DNA of 6,832 nt, from the IMG/VR virus record IMGVR_UViG_2563366976_000004; one strand, given 5' to 3'. Within the stretch, counting starts at the first letter, position 1. Each line of letters begins with the position of its first letter. The position numbers and the translations under genes were made by a program. Positions 1 through 6,832 of the stretch are shown piece after piece. Source of the DNA: a virus. Taxonomy: Duplodnaviria > Heunggongvirae > Uroviricota > Caudoviricetes. Below the pieces are notes generated by a model. The model saw nothing but the letters and a program-made list of their open reading frames with translations, was not told the origin of the DNA and ran no database searches.

Positions 1-984
1 ACGCAGATTGATAACGGTCAGCTTGCGCCTGACCTGGCTGAAATCAGGACGTCCATTACGGATGTCAGCAATGAAATCACGCAGACCGTCAATAAAAAAC
101 TGGAAAATCAGAGTGCGGCAATCCAGCAGATACAGAAGGTTCAGGTTGATACAAATAATAATCTGAACAGCATGTGGGCTGTGAAGCTGCAGCAGATGCA
201 GGACGGACGCCTTTATATTGCGGGTATCGGTGCCGGTATTGAGAATACGCCAGCAGGAATGCAGAGTCAGGTGCTGCTGGCGGCAGACAGGATTGCGATG
301 ATTAATCCTGCGAATGGCAACACAAAGCCGATGTTTGTTGGTCAGGGCGATCAGATATTCATGAACGACGTGTTCCTGAAACGCCTGACGGCTCCCACCA
401 TTACCAGCGGCGGTAATCCTCCGGCATTTTCCCTGACACCGGACGGAAAACTGACCGCTAAAAATGCAGATATCAGTGGCAGTGTGAATGCGAACGCCGG
501 GACGCTCAACAATGTCACAATTAATGAGAACTGTCAGATTAAGGGGAAACTGTCAGCCAACCAGATTGAAGGCGATATAGTCAAAACAGTGGGTAAGGCT
601 TTTCCGCGGGACTCCCGGGCACCGGAGCGGTGGCCATCAGGGACCATTACCGTCAGGATTTATGACGATCAGCCTTTTGACAGGCAAATTGTTATTCCGG
701 CGGTGGCATTCAGCGGCGCTAAACATGAGCGGGAGAATAACGATATTTATTCGTCATGCCGCCTGATAGTACGGAAAAACGGTGCTGAAATTTATAACCG
801 TACCGCGCTGGATAATACGCTGATTTACAGTGGTGTTATTGATATGCCTGCTGGTCGCGGCCACATGACGCTGGAGTTTTCTGTATCAGCATGGTGGGTA
901 AATGGCTGGTATCCCACAGCAAGTATCAGCGATTTGCTGGTTGTTGTGATGAAGAAAGCCACTGCAGGCATCACGATTAGCTGA
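1..984 (+). CDS. J: Tail-tip host-specificity protein J, C-terminal portion (5' end lies outside the window)
   Basis: Frame 1 is open from base 1 through the listed ORF 172-984, stop TGA at 982-984. The translation ([62 protein letters not shown]...) matches my recollection of the C-terminal region of lambda J. Position directly upstream of lom agrees with lambda gene order. Confidence 0.88.
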   Translation, partial: TQIDNGQLAPDLAEIRTSITDVSNEITQTVNKKLENQSAAIQQIQKVQVDTNNNLNSMWAVKLQQMQDGRLYIAGIGAGIENTPAGMQSQVLLAADRIAMINPANGNTKPMFVGQGDQIFMNDVFLKRLTAPTITSGGNPPAFSLTPDGKLTAKNADISGSVNANAGTLNNVTINENCQIKGKLSANQIEGDIVKTVGKAFPRDSRAPERWPSGTITVRIYDDQPFDRQIVIPAVAFSGAKHERENNDIYSSCRLIVRKNGAEIYNRTALDNTLIYSGVIDMPAGRGHMTLEFSVSAWWVNGWYPTASISDLLVVVMKKATAGITIS

Positions 985-1003
985 ATTTTATAACCCCAAT
1001 ACG

Positions 1004-1030
1004 GGCGCCAGAAATGGCGCCTTTTTTATT
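1004..1030 (+). terminator. Rho-independent terminator after J
   Basis: GGCGCC (1004-1009), loop AGAAAT, GGCGCC (1016-1021), immediately followed by TTTTTTATT (1022-1030), about 20 nt after the J stop codon. Confidence 0.6.
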
Positions 1031-1051
1031 GCAGAAAAGCGAGAGGTAATT

Positions 1052-1651
1052 ATGCGTAAAGTTTGTGCAGCCATTTTGTCCGCAGCCATCTGTCTGTCCG
1101 TATCCGGTGCGCCTGCATGGGCGTCTGAACATCAGTCCACACTGAGCGCGGGGTATCTTCATGCCCGTACGAACGCTCCCGGCAGCGATAATCTGAACGG
1201 GATTAACGTGAAATACCGTTATGAGTTTACGGACGCGCTGGGGCTGATTACGTCCTTCAGTTATGCCAATGCTGAGGATGAGCAAAAAACGCACTACAGC
1301 GATACCCGCTGGCATGAAGATTCCGTGCGTAACCGCTGGTTCAGCGTGATGGCGGGGCCGTCTGTACGCGTGAATGAATGGTTCAGCGCGTATGCGATGG
1401 TGGGTGTGGCTTACAGCCGTGTGTCGACTTTCTCCGGGGATTATCTCCGCGTAACTGACAACAAGGGGAAAACGCACGATGTGCTGACCGGAAGTGATGA
1501 CGGTCGCCACAGCAACACGTCTCTGGCGTGGGGGGCTGGCGTGCAGTTTAACCCGACCGAATCCGTAACCATTGACCTTGCTTATGAAGGTTCCGGTAGT
1601 GGCGACTGGCGAACGGATGCATTTATTGTTGGTATCGGATACCGTTTCTGA
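1052..1651 (+). CDS. lom: Lom outer-membrane protein (Ail/Lom/OmpX-family beta-barrel)
   Basis: 199-aa ORF with a signal-peptide-like N-terminus (MRKVCAAILSAAICLSVSGAPAWA) and a C-terminal aromatic residue (GYRF) typical of outer-membrane beta-barrels. Sequence closely matches lambda Lom as I recall it. RBS GAGAGG lies 6 nt upstream of the ATG, and the gene sits between J and stf as in lambda. Confidence 0.9.
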   Translation: MRKVCAAILSAAICLSVSGAPAWASEHQSTLSAGYLHARTNAPGSDNLNGINVKYRYEFTDALGLITSFSYANAEDEQKTHYSDTRWHEDSVRNRWFSVMAGPSVRVNEWFSAYAMVGVAYSRVSTFSGDYLRVTDNKGKTHDVLTGSDDGRHSNTSLAWGAGVQFNPTESVTIDLAYEGSGSGDWRTDAFIVGIGYRF

Positions 1652-1755
1652 CAACAGACGCCGATTTATCTTCTGTAAATATTGTTATGATACGCAGGTT
1701 CATCCACCTTATGGGGTGAACTGCGTTTGAGGAAACGTAAAGTTACACTGTCCTG

Positions 1756-1788
1756 AAGCCCGTGGCGTCACTGCTGCGGGCTTTTTTT
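1756..1788 (+). terminator. Putative terminator between lom and stf
   Basis: AAGCCCG (1756-1762) pairs with CGGGCTT (1777-1783) around a 14-nt loop, followed by a T7 run (1782-1788). The large loop makes this less canonical. Confidence 0.45.
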
Positions 1789-1802
1789 ATTGGTGGAAAA
1801 GT

Positions 1803-4800
1803 ATGACAGTAAAAATTTCTGGCGTGCTTAAAGATGGCACAGGAAAACCAGTACAGAACTGCACCATTGTGCTGAAGGCCAGACGAACCAGCAGCACGGT
1901 GGTGGTGAACACGGTGGCCTCTGAAAATCCGGATGAAGCCGGACGTTACAGCATGGATGTTGAGCATGGCCAGTACAGCGTCACCCTGCTGGTTGAAGGT
2001 TTTCCGCCTTCACATGCCGGGACCATTACCGTCTATGAAGGTTCCAGACCAGGTACGCTGAATGATTTTCTCGGTGCCATGACGGAGGATGATGTCCGAC
2101 CGGAGGCACTGCGCCGCTTTGAGCAGATGGTGGAAGAGGTGTCACGTAACGCCTCCGCGGTTGCACAGAATACGGCAGCCGCGAAAAAATCAGCCAGCGA
2201 TGCCAGTGCATCAGCCAGCGAGGCGGCAACTCATGCAACCGATGCTGCAGCCTCAGCACGTGCCGCCAGCACGTCAGCCGGACAGGCCGCGTCGTCGGCT
2301 CAGTCAGCGTCTTCCAGCGCAGGAACGGCATCGACAAAGGCCCGTGAAGCAGCAAAAAGTGCTGCTGCTGCAGAGTCATCAAAAAGCGCGGCAGCTACCA
2401 GCGCCAGTGCCGCGAAAACGTCAGAAACGAATGCCGCAGCATCACAAAAATCGGCAGCCACTTCTGCATCCACAGCGACCACGAAGGCGTCAGAAGCTGC
2501 CACCTCGGCACGGGGTGCGGCGGCCTCAAAAGAGGCAGCGAAATCTTCAGAAACGAATGCATCATCAAGTGCCAGTAGTGCAGCTTCCTCGGCAACGGCG
2601 GCAGGAAATTCCGCGAAGGCGGCAAAAACGTCCGAGACGAACGCTAAGTCTTCTGAAACAGCAGCGGGACAGAGCGCCTCAGCTGCGGCAGGTTCAAAAA
2701 CAGCGGCTGCATTATCTGCCAGTGCCGCGTCAACAAGTGCCGGGCAGGCCTCAGCCAGTGCCACCGCCGCCGGAAAATCGGCAGAAAGCGCCGCATCATC
2801 CGCTTCAACAGCCACAACGAAGGCTGGCAAAGCCACTGAGCAAGCCACTGCAGCAGCGAGGTCTGCTTCTGCAGCAAAAACCTCTGAAACAAATGCAAAG
2901 ACTTCAGCAGACAATGCTGCTTCCTCTAAGGCGGCAGCCGCATCGTCAGCCAGTTCAGCGGCGTCATCGGCATCATCTGCGTCTGCTTCAAAAGATGAGG
3001 CGACCAGACAAGCGTCAGCAGCGAAAGGTAGTGCCACGACAGCAACAACGAAAGCATCAGAGGCGGCAGGCAGTGCGACGGCTGCATCTCAGAGCAAAGT
3101 TGCTGCTGAATCCGCGGCAACGCGCGCCGAGACAGCAGCAAAACGGGCAGAGGATATTGCATCCGCCGTGGCGCTGGAGGATGCGAGCACGACGAAAAAG
3201 GGGATAGTACAGCTCAGCAGTGCAACAAACAGCACCAGTGAAAAGCTGGCGGCAACGCCAAAGGCAGTTAAAACTGTTAAAGATAGTTCAGTTCAAAAAA
3301 CTGGCGACACAATGGGAGGGCAGTTAAAAATCAGCACGATAAATGCTCTTCGAATATTCAACCAAGCCTTTGGCCTTATTTTTAGGCGTTCCGAAGATCA
3401 TCTTCATCTTATTCCGACTAATGAAGGGGAGGGGGAAAATGGAGACATCGGTTCATTAAGACCATTCTCTATAAACTTAAGATCAGGGTTGGTGTCCATC
3501 GGTAATGGACTAAAAGTTGGTGGTAGTGTTACTGGTAATTTGACCGGAAACGCAGATACTGCGACCAAGATCAAGACAGCACGTAAGATTGGGGGCGTGG
3601 CATTTGATGGATCGGCAGATATCAACTTGCCTGGAGTCAACGCTACCGGTAATCAAAACACTACAGGTAATGCTGCGACCGCCACGAAACTTCAGGCAGC
3701 CAGAACGATTAACGGTGTGTCATTTGATGGTAGTGCAAATATCACATTGACCCCTTCAAATATTGGGGCATTGGCATTAACTGGAGGGACTCTTTCAGGT
3801 GGTTTAACTGCTGCTGGTGAGGTTATTTCAAGGTCAGCAAATGGTCTGCGTATTGCCTATGGCAACTATGGATTCTTTATCCGAAATGATGGATCAAACA
3901 CATATTTTATGTTGACAGATTCGGGTAACAGTCTTGGTACGCACAATAGCTTAAGGCCGTTTATAATTAGTAACCATACTGGCAATGTTACAATTGCAAC
4001 TAAATTAAACGCGAGTGGTGGTATCACTGGATCTTTATCGGGTAATGCAAGCACAGCAACCAAATTGCAAACTGCAAGGACAATTAACGGCGTAAAATTT
4101 GACGGCTCGGCAAATATTGAAGCGTTTCCGCCAGGTGTTCCGCTGCCGTGGCCATCAGATACACCACCTGCAGGTTATGCGATCATGCAGGGGCAGACGT
4201 TTGATAAGGCAGCATATCCGAAACTGGCTATTGCCTATCCTTCAGGTGTTATTCCAGATATGCGCGGCTGGACAATCAAGGGCAAACCCGCCAGTGGCCG
4301 GGCCGTATTGTCTCAGGAACAGGACGGCATAAAATCGCACACCCACAGCGCCAGCGCATCCAGTACGGATTTGGGGACGAAAACCACATCGTCGTTTGAT
4401 TACGGCACTAAATCCACGAATAACACCGGGGCGCATACGCACAGTCTGAGTGGCTCTACGGGGTCTGCCGGTGTTCATACTCATGGTAATGGTATTCGTT
4501 GGCCAGGAGGCGGCGGTTCTGCGTTAGCATTTTATGATGGCGGTGGGTTCACTTATGTCCAGAATTCACAGTATCAAGTAAGCCCGGAGACTTCTTCCTA
4601 TAGATCGTATTATCAACGTATTCAGACACAGTCAGCAGGTGCTCATACCCACTCGCTGTCTGGTACTGCAGCAAGTTCTGGCGCACATGCACATACTGTA
4701 GGTATTGGTGCGCATACGCACTCCGTTGCGATTGGTTCACATGGACACACCATCACCGTTAACGCTGCGGGTAACGCGGAAAACACCGTCAAAAACATCG

Positions 4801-4829
4801 CATTTAACTATATTGTGAGGCTTGCATAA
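1803..4829 (+). CDS. stf: Side tail fibre protein, long StfR-like variant (1008 aa)
   Basis: N-terminus [22 protein letters not shown]... and C-terminus ...[18 protein letters not shown] match lambda Stf / E. coli prophage Stf proteins as I recall them. It contains the conserved fibre motif [24 protein letters not shown], repeated GNAxTATKLQxARTINGVxFDGSANI units and C-terminal HxH repeats. SD GGTGGA lies upstream of the ATG; the stop TAA (4827-4829) overlaps the tfa start. Confidence 0.9.
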   Translation: MTVKISGVLKDGTGKPVQNCTIVLKARRTSSTVVVNTVASENPDEAGRYSMDVEHGQYSVTLLVEGFPPSHAGTITVYEGSRPGTLNDFLGAMTEDDVRPEALRRFEQMVEEVSRNASAVAQNTAAAKKSASDASASASEAATHATDAAASARAASTSAGQAASSAQSASSSAGTASTKAREAAKSAAAAESSKSAAATSASAAKTSETNAAASQKSAATSASTATTKASEAATSARGAAASKEAAKSSETNASSSASSAASSATAAGNSAKAAKTSETNAKSSETAAGQSASAAAGSKTAAALSASAASTSAGQASASATAAGKSAESAASSASTATTKAGKATEQATAAARSASAAKTSETNAKTSADNAASSKAAAASSASSAASSASSASASKDEATRQASAAKGSATTATTKASEAAGSATAASQSKVAAESAATRAETAAKRAEDIASAVALEDASTTKKGIVQLSSATNSTSEKLAATPKAVKTVKDSSVQKTGDTMGGQLKISTINALRIFNQAFGLIFRRSEDHLHLIPTNEGEGENGDIGSLRPFSINLRSGLVSIGNGLKVGGSVTGNLTGNADTATKIKTARKIGGVAFDGSADINLPGVNATGNQNTTGNAATATKLQAARTINGVSFDGSANITLTPSNIGALALTGGTLSGGLTAAGEVISRSANGLRIAYGNYGFFIRNDGSNTYFMLTDSGNSLGTHNSLRPFIISNHTGNVTIATKLNASGGITGSLSGNASTATKLQTARTINGVKFDGSANIEAFPPGVPLPWPSDTPPAGYAIMQGQTFDKAAYPKLAIAYPSGVIPDMRGWTIKGKPASGRAVLSQEQDGIKSHTHSASASSTDLGTKTTSSFDYGTKSTNNTGAHTHSLSGSTGSAGVHTHGNGIRWPGGGGSALAFYDGGGFTYVQNSQYQVSPETSSYRSYYQRIQTQSAGAHTHSLSGTAASSGAHAHTVGIGAHTHSVAIGSHGHTITVNAAGNAENTVKNIAFNYIVRLA
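2148..3182 (+). repeat. Ala/Ser/Thr-rich low-complexity repetitive region inside stf (about residues 116-460)
   Basis: About 345 codons dominated by A/S/T/K/E, with recurring degenerate units such as [18 protein letters not shown] and [10 protein letters not shown]. The matching GC-rich DNA repeats (e.g. aaaacgtcagaaacgaatgc near 2416, 2541, 2626, 2877) generate long spurious ORFs in the other frames. Confidence 0.8.
3546..4122 (+). repeat. Three copies of a ~28-aa tail-fibre repeat inside stf
   Basis: [28 protein letters not shown] (about 3546-3627), [28 protein letters not shown] (about 3666-3747) and [28 protein letters not shown] (about 4041-4122). Copies 1 and 3 are each preceded by a related ~60-aa unit (...[38 protein letters not shown]... 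versus ...[40 protein letters not shown]...). Confidence 0.6.
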
Positions 4830-5413
4830 TGGCATTCAGAATGAGTGAACAAGCACGGACCATAAAAATTTATAATCTGCTGGCCGGAACTAATGAATTT
4901 ATTGGTGAAGGTGACGCATATATTCCGCCTCATACAGGTCTGCCAGCAAACAGTACCGATATTGCACCACCAGATATTCCTGCTGGCTTTGTGGCTGTTT
5001 TCAACAGTGATGAGGCATCGTGGCATCTCGTTGAAGACCATCGGGGGAAAACGGTTTATGACGTAGCGTCAGGGGACGAGTTATTTATTTCTGAACTCGG
5101 TCCGTTACCGGAAAATGTTACCTGGTTATCGCCGGAAGGGGAGTTTCAGAAGTGGAACGGCACAGCCTGGGTGAAGGATACGGAAGCAGAAAAACTGTTC
5201 CGGATCCGGGAGGCGGAAGAAACAAAAAACAACCTGATGCAGGTAGCCAGTGAGCATATTGCGCCGCTTCAGGATGCTGCAGATCTGGAAATTGCAACGG
5301 AGGAAGAAACCTCATTGCTGGAAGCCTGGAAAAAGTATCGGGTGTTGCTGAACCGTGTTGATACATCAACTGCACCTGATATTGAGTGGCCTACGAACCC
5401 TGTCAGGGAGTAA
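4829..5413 (+). CDS. tfa: Tail fibre assembly protein Tfa (194 aa)
   Basis: Translation [54 protein letters not shown]... is nearly identical to lambda Tfa as I recall it, with the same 194-aa length. The start overlaps the stf stop in TAATG, suggesting translational coupling. Confidence 0.9.
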   Translation: MAFRMSEQARTIKIYNLLAGTNEFIGEGDAYIPPHTGLPANSTDIAPPDIPAGFVAVFNSDEASWHLVEDHRGKTVYDVASGDELFISELGPLPENVTWLSPEGEFQKWNGTAWVKDTEAEKLFRIREAEETKNNLMQVASEHIAPLQDAADLEIATEEETSLLEAWKKYRVLLNRVDTSTAPDIEWPTNPVRE

Positions 5414-5462
5414 TCATTGGGATTATGCCGCAGCACGTCTTAAGCAAGAACGTGCTGCGGTT
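5248..5462 (+). repeat. Direct repeat copy A (tfa 3' end plus downstream hairpin)
   Basis: Aligns by eye with 6297-6512 at high identity (scattered substitutions plus one replaced 13-14-nt patch). The stretch cgtgttgatacatcaactgcacctgatattgagtggcct is identical in both copies. Confidence 0.85.
5428..5460. other. Perfect 11-bp-stem hairpin in the convergent tfa / methyltransferase intergenic region
   Basis: CCGCAGCACGT (5428-5438), 11-nt loop, ACGTGCTGCGG (5450-5460). A T6 run follows on the + strand only after about 10 nt (5471-5476), so it is not a canonical intrinsic terminator in either direction. Confidence 0.45.
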
Positions 5463-5467
5463 GGATG

Positions 5468-6136
5468 CTATTTTTTCCCTGAAGCGGAAAACATTACTAC
5501 AGTACCTTGAACCTTGGTTTTAACATTCTCGAAATGCTCTGAGAGTATATGTGTTAAGCCTTCTTCGGAATCTTTTGTGTTTGAAAAGATGCCTTTCTGA
5601 TTGTAAATGCGCATCAGTTTTTGACCGAAGCTATTGTGCACAACTCCATCGCCAAGAATTGTGGCTCCGTATAGAGTTCCATCGTCAGTTAAGGCCTGCG
5701 CCGCATTGCGTATTACACAGCTTTTTGTAGATATATTTCCAGGCAGGCAGTGAAGAAGGTAAAACATGGAAATGGAATCAAATTGACCATGTAACGCCGC
5801 GGGATAAGGTTCAAAAACATCATGGCTAATTTTATGTTTAATTTTTGATTCCCCAGCCCTTGTAGATGCCGCGTTCAGGCTAGCTTCGTTCAAATCCATT
5901 AAAGATATCAGACTACTCTCAGGTACGTGAGTAAGGTAAAACCCAGTTCCAACACCAATATCCAGATGGTTGTTACCTACATGTTCCAGAAAGTGTGGAA
6001 GAAGGTGTTCCTTTGTAGGACATCCCCATGCAAGCCGATTTGATACTCCCAAAACCCACCAGTCATAAAGCTTTAGGGTAAGTGGTGTGTAAATTTTAGC
6101 CCCATCATCTGTGTTTTTTTTCATTGATTTCACCAT
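5468..6136 (-). CDS. Class I (Rossmann-fold) SAM-dependent methyltransferase, substrate unknown; true start may be the ATG at 6124
   Basis: 222-aa ORF with motif I HLDIGVGTGF (encoded about 5939-5968), an acidic residue at the expected beta-2 position (LMDLN), a motif II/III-like stretch (HDVFEPYP...GQFDSISMFYLLHCLPG...ALTDDGTLY) and an N-terminal YDWW...RLAWG pattern common in small-molecule methyltransferases. No DPPY/NPPY or cytosine-C5 motifs, and no signal peptide or transmembrane segment. GGTGA lies 5 nt upstream of the internal ATG at 6122-6124, while the first ATG lacks an SD. Confidence 0.75.
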   Translation of the reverse strand: MVKSMKKNTDDGAKIYTPLTLKLYDWWVLGVSNRLAWGCPTKEHLLPHFLEHVGNNHLDIGVGTGFYLTHVPESSLISLMDLNEASLNAASTRAGESKIKHKISHDVFEPYPAALHGQFDSISMFYLLHCLPGNISTKSCVIRNAAQALTDDGTLYGATILGDGVVHNSFGQKLMRIYNQKGIFSNTKDSEEGLTHILSEHFENVKTKVQGTVVMFSASGKK

Positions 6137-6165
6137 GTTATAGTTTTATTTGTGAATTAAATCAA
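6137..6165 (-). promoter_or_regulatory. Putative sigma70 promoter for the methyltransferase (TTGATT-N17-TATAAC on the - strand)
   Basis: On the minus strand, TTGATT (complement of 6160-6165), a 17-nt spacer, then TATAAC (complement of 6137-6142) abutting the first ATG. This would place the transcription start inside the first codons and favour initiation at the second ATG (6124), which carries the GGTGA SD. Confidence 0.3.
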
Positions 6166-6192
6166 TTATGGCGATGAATTACAAGGGGTTAA

Positions 6193-6462
6193 ATGCTGCC
6201 GCAGCATAGCGATATTGAAATAGCCTGGTATGCTTCGATACAGCAGGAGCCGAATGGCTGGAAGACCGTCACCACACAGTTCCACATCCAGGAATTCAGT
6301 GAGTATATTGCGCCACTGCAGGATGCTGTAGATCTGGAAATCGCAACGGAGGAAGAAAGATCGTTGCTGGAGGCATGGAATAAATATCGGGTATTGTTGA
6401 ATCGTGTTGATACATCAACTGCACCTGATATTGAGTGGCCTGCAAATCCTGTCAGGGAGTAA
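6193..6462 (+). pseudogene. Truncated tfa-like ORF (89 aa): unrelated 35-aa N-terminus fused to the Tfa C-terminal ~54 aa
   Basis: The C-terminal part [52 protein letters not shown] parallels the Tfa C-terminus ([52 protein letters not shown]). DNA homology with tfa begins near 6297. An AAGGGG SD lies 4 nt upstream of the ATG, so expression is possible. Confidence 0.55.
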
Positions 6463-6512
6463 TCATTGGGATTATGCCGCAGATACGTCGTATGCAGGAA
6501 CGTGCTGCGGTT
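6297..6512 (+). repeat. Direct repeat copy B (tfa 3' end plus downstream hairpin region)
   Basis: Second copy of 5248-5462, in the same orientation. The 13-nt central patch of the hairpin (CACGTCTTAAGCA) is replaced by 14 nt (ATACGTCGTATGCA), which weakens the stem. Confidence 0.85.
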
Positions 6513-6620
6513 AGTTTGTGAGCTTTCGATAGTGGTTGTTATTTTTGCCCTTATTTGTTCCGGAGGCCATGGTTCAATGGTCCGTCTGCCCCCTGTGGTG
6601 ATGTCAGCAAAATCAGCCAC

Positions 6621-6832
6621 TGAACCGCCCCGGGAATCCTGGAGACTAAACTTCCTGAGAAAGAGGTAAACAGGATGACTAAAAATACTCGTTTTTCCCC
6701 CGAAGTCCGTCAACGGGCAGTCCGTATGGTTCTGGAAAGTCAGAGCGAATATGACTCACAATGGGCGACAATTTGTTCCATTGCTCCAAAGATTGGCTGT
6801 ACGCCGGAGACTCTGCGTGTCTGGGTTCGCCA
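6621..6832 (+). mobile_element. IS3-family insertion sequence, IS629/IS1203-like, left end (continues past the window)
   Basis: The sequence from 6621 (TGAACCGCCCCGGGAATCCTGGAGACTAAACTTCCTGAGAAAGAGGTAAACAGGATGACTAAAAATAC) matches my recollection of the IS629 left inverted repeat and orfA leader. IS3-family ends typically begin with TGA. Confidence 0.85.
6675..6832 (+). CDS. IS3-family transposase OrfA, N-terminal part (3' end outside the window)
   Basis: ATG at 6675 preceded by the SD GAGG. Translation [52 protein letters not shown] is the helix-turn-helix OrfA N-terminus of IS629-like elements as recalled. Confidence 0.85.
   Translation, partial: MTKNTRFSPEVRQRAVRMVLESQSEYDSQWATICSIAPKIGCTPETLRVWVR

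Noticed and set aside
977-1654. 225-aa ORF on the minus strand, antisense to lom
   Set aside because: It fully overlaps the well-supported lom gene, has no RBS or recognisable domain, and is most likely a chance open frame.
2089-3207. 372-aa Arg/Gln/Pro-rich ORF (+2 frame), plus the 245-aa Ala/Asp-rich minus-strand ORF at 2300-3037 and other small ORFs inside stf
   Set aside because: These are alternative-frame readings of the GC-rich Ala/Ser repeat DNA inside stf. Their extreme compositions are the expected artefact of that repeat, not independent genes.
4808-5413. Small minus-strand ORFs (4808-5041, 5118-5375) antisense to tfa
   Set aside because: They overlap the strongly supported tfa gene and are short, with no supporting signals.
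5505-5528. Sequence ACCTTGAACCTTGGTTTTAACATT, which loosely resembles Hin/Gin/Pin invertase crossover sites (AAAACC..GGTTTT half-sites)
   Set aside because: Only one half-site is a reasonable match, it lies inside the methyltransferase coding sequence, no invertase gene or inverted partner site is in the window, and the tfa repeats are direct rather than inverted.
6466-6669. 67-aa + strand ORF between the repeat copy and IS orfA
   Set aside because: It starts inside the repeat hairpin region, reads across the IS terminal inverted repeat, and has no SD or recognisable features. It may be remnant sequence of a gene disrupted by the IS, but that cannot be shown.
6189-6713. 174-aa minus-strand ORF spanning the tfa-like fragment, the spacer and the IS left end
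   Set aside because: It crosses the IS inverted repeat and runs antisense to both the IS orfA leader and the tfa-like ORF, with no recognisable motifs, so it is taken as spurious.
1-6832. CRISPR arrays, tRNA or rRNA genes
   Set aside because: No regularly spaced short direct repeats with unique spacers and no cloverleaf-like or rRNA-like segments were seen. The only repeats are the intragenic stf repeats and the tfa direct repeat.

Overview
This window is the distal end of the late (tail) operon of a lambdoid prophage of E. coli/Shigella type, followed by an accessory island and an insertion sequence. On the + strand: the 3' portion of tail-tip host-specificity gene J (1-984, truncated at the window edge), lom (1052-1651), a long mosaic side-tail-fibre gene stf (1803-4829) and tfa (4829-5413). 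Downstream lies an AT-rich cargo gene on the opposite strand encoding a 222-aa class I SAM-dependent methyltransferase (5468-6136), bracketed by a ~215-bp direct repeat of the tfa 3' end. The second repeat copy forms a truncated tfa-like ORF (6193-6462), and an IS3-family element (IS629/IS1203-like) begins at 6621 and runs off the window. The best candidate for something undescribed is the orphan methyltransferase cargo gene with its divergent partner ORF; its substrate and role cannot be determined from sequence alone. All homology statements rest on reading the translations and on recalled protein families, not on database searches. No tRNA, rRNA or CRISPR array was seen.
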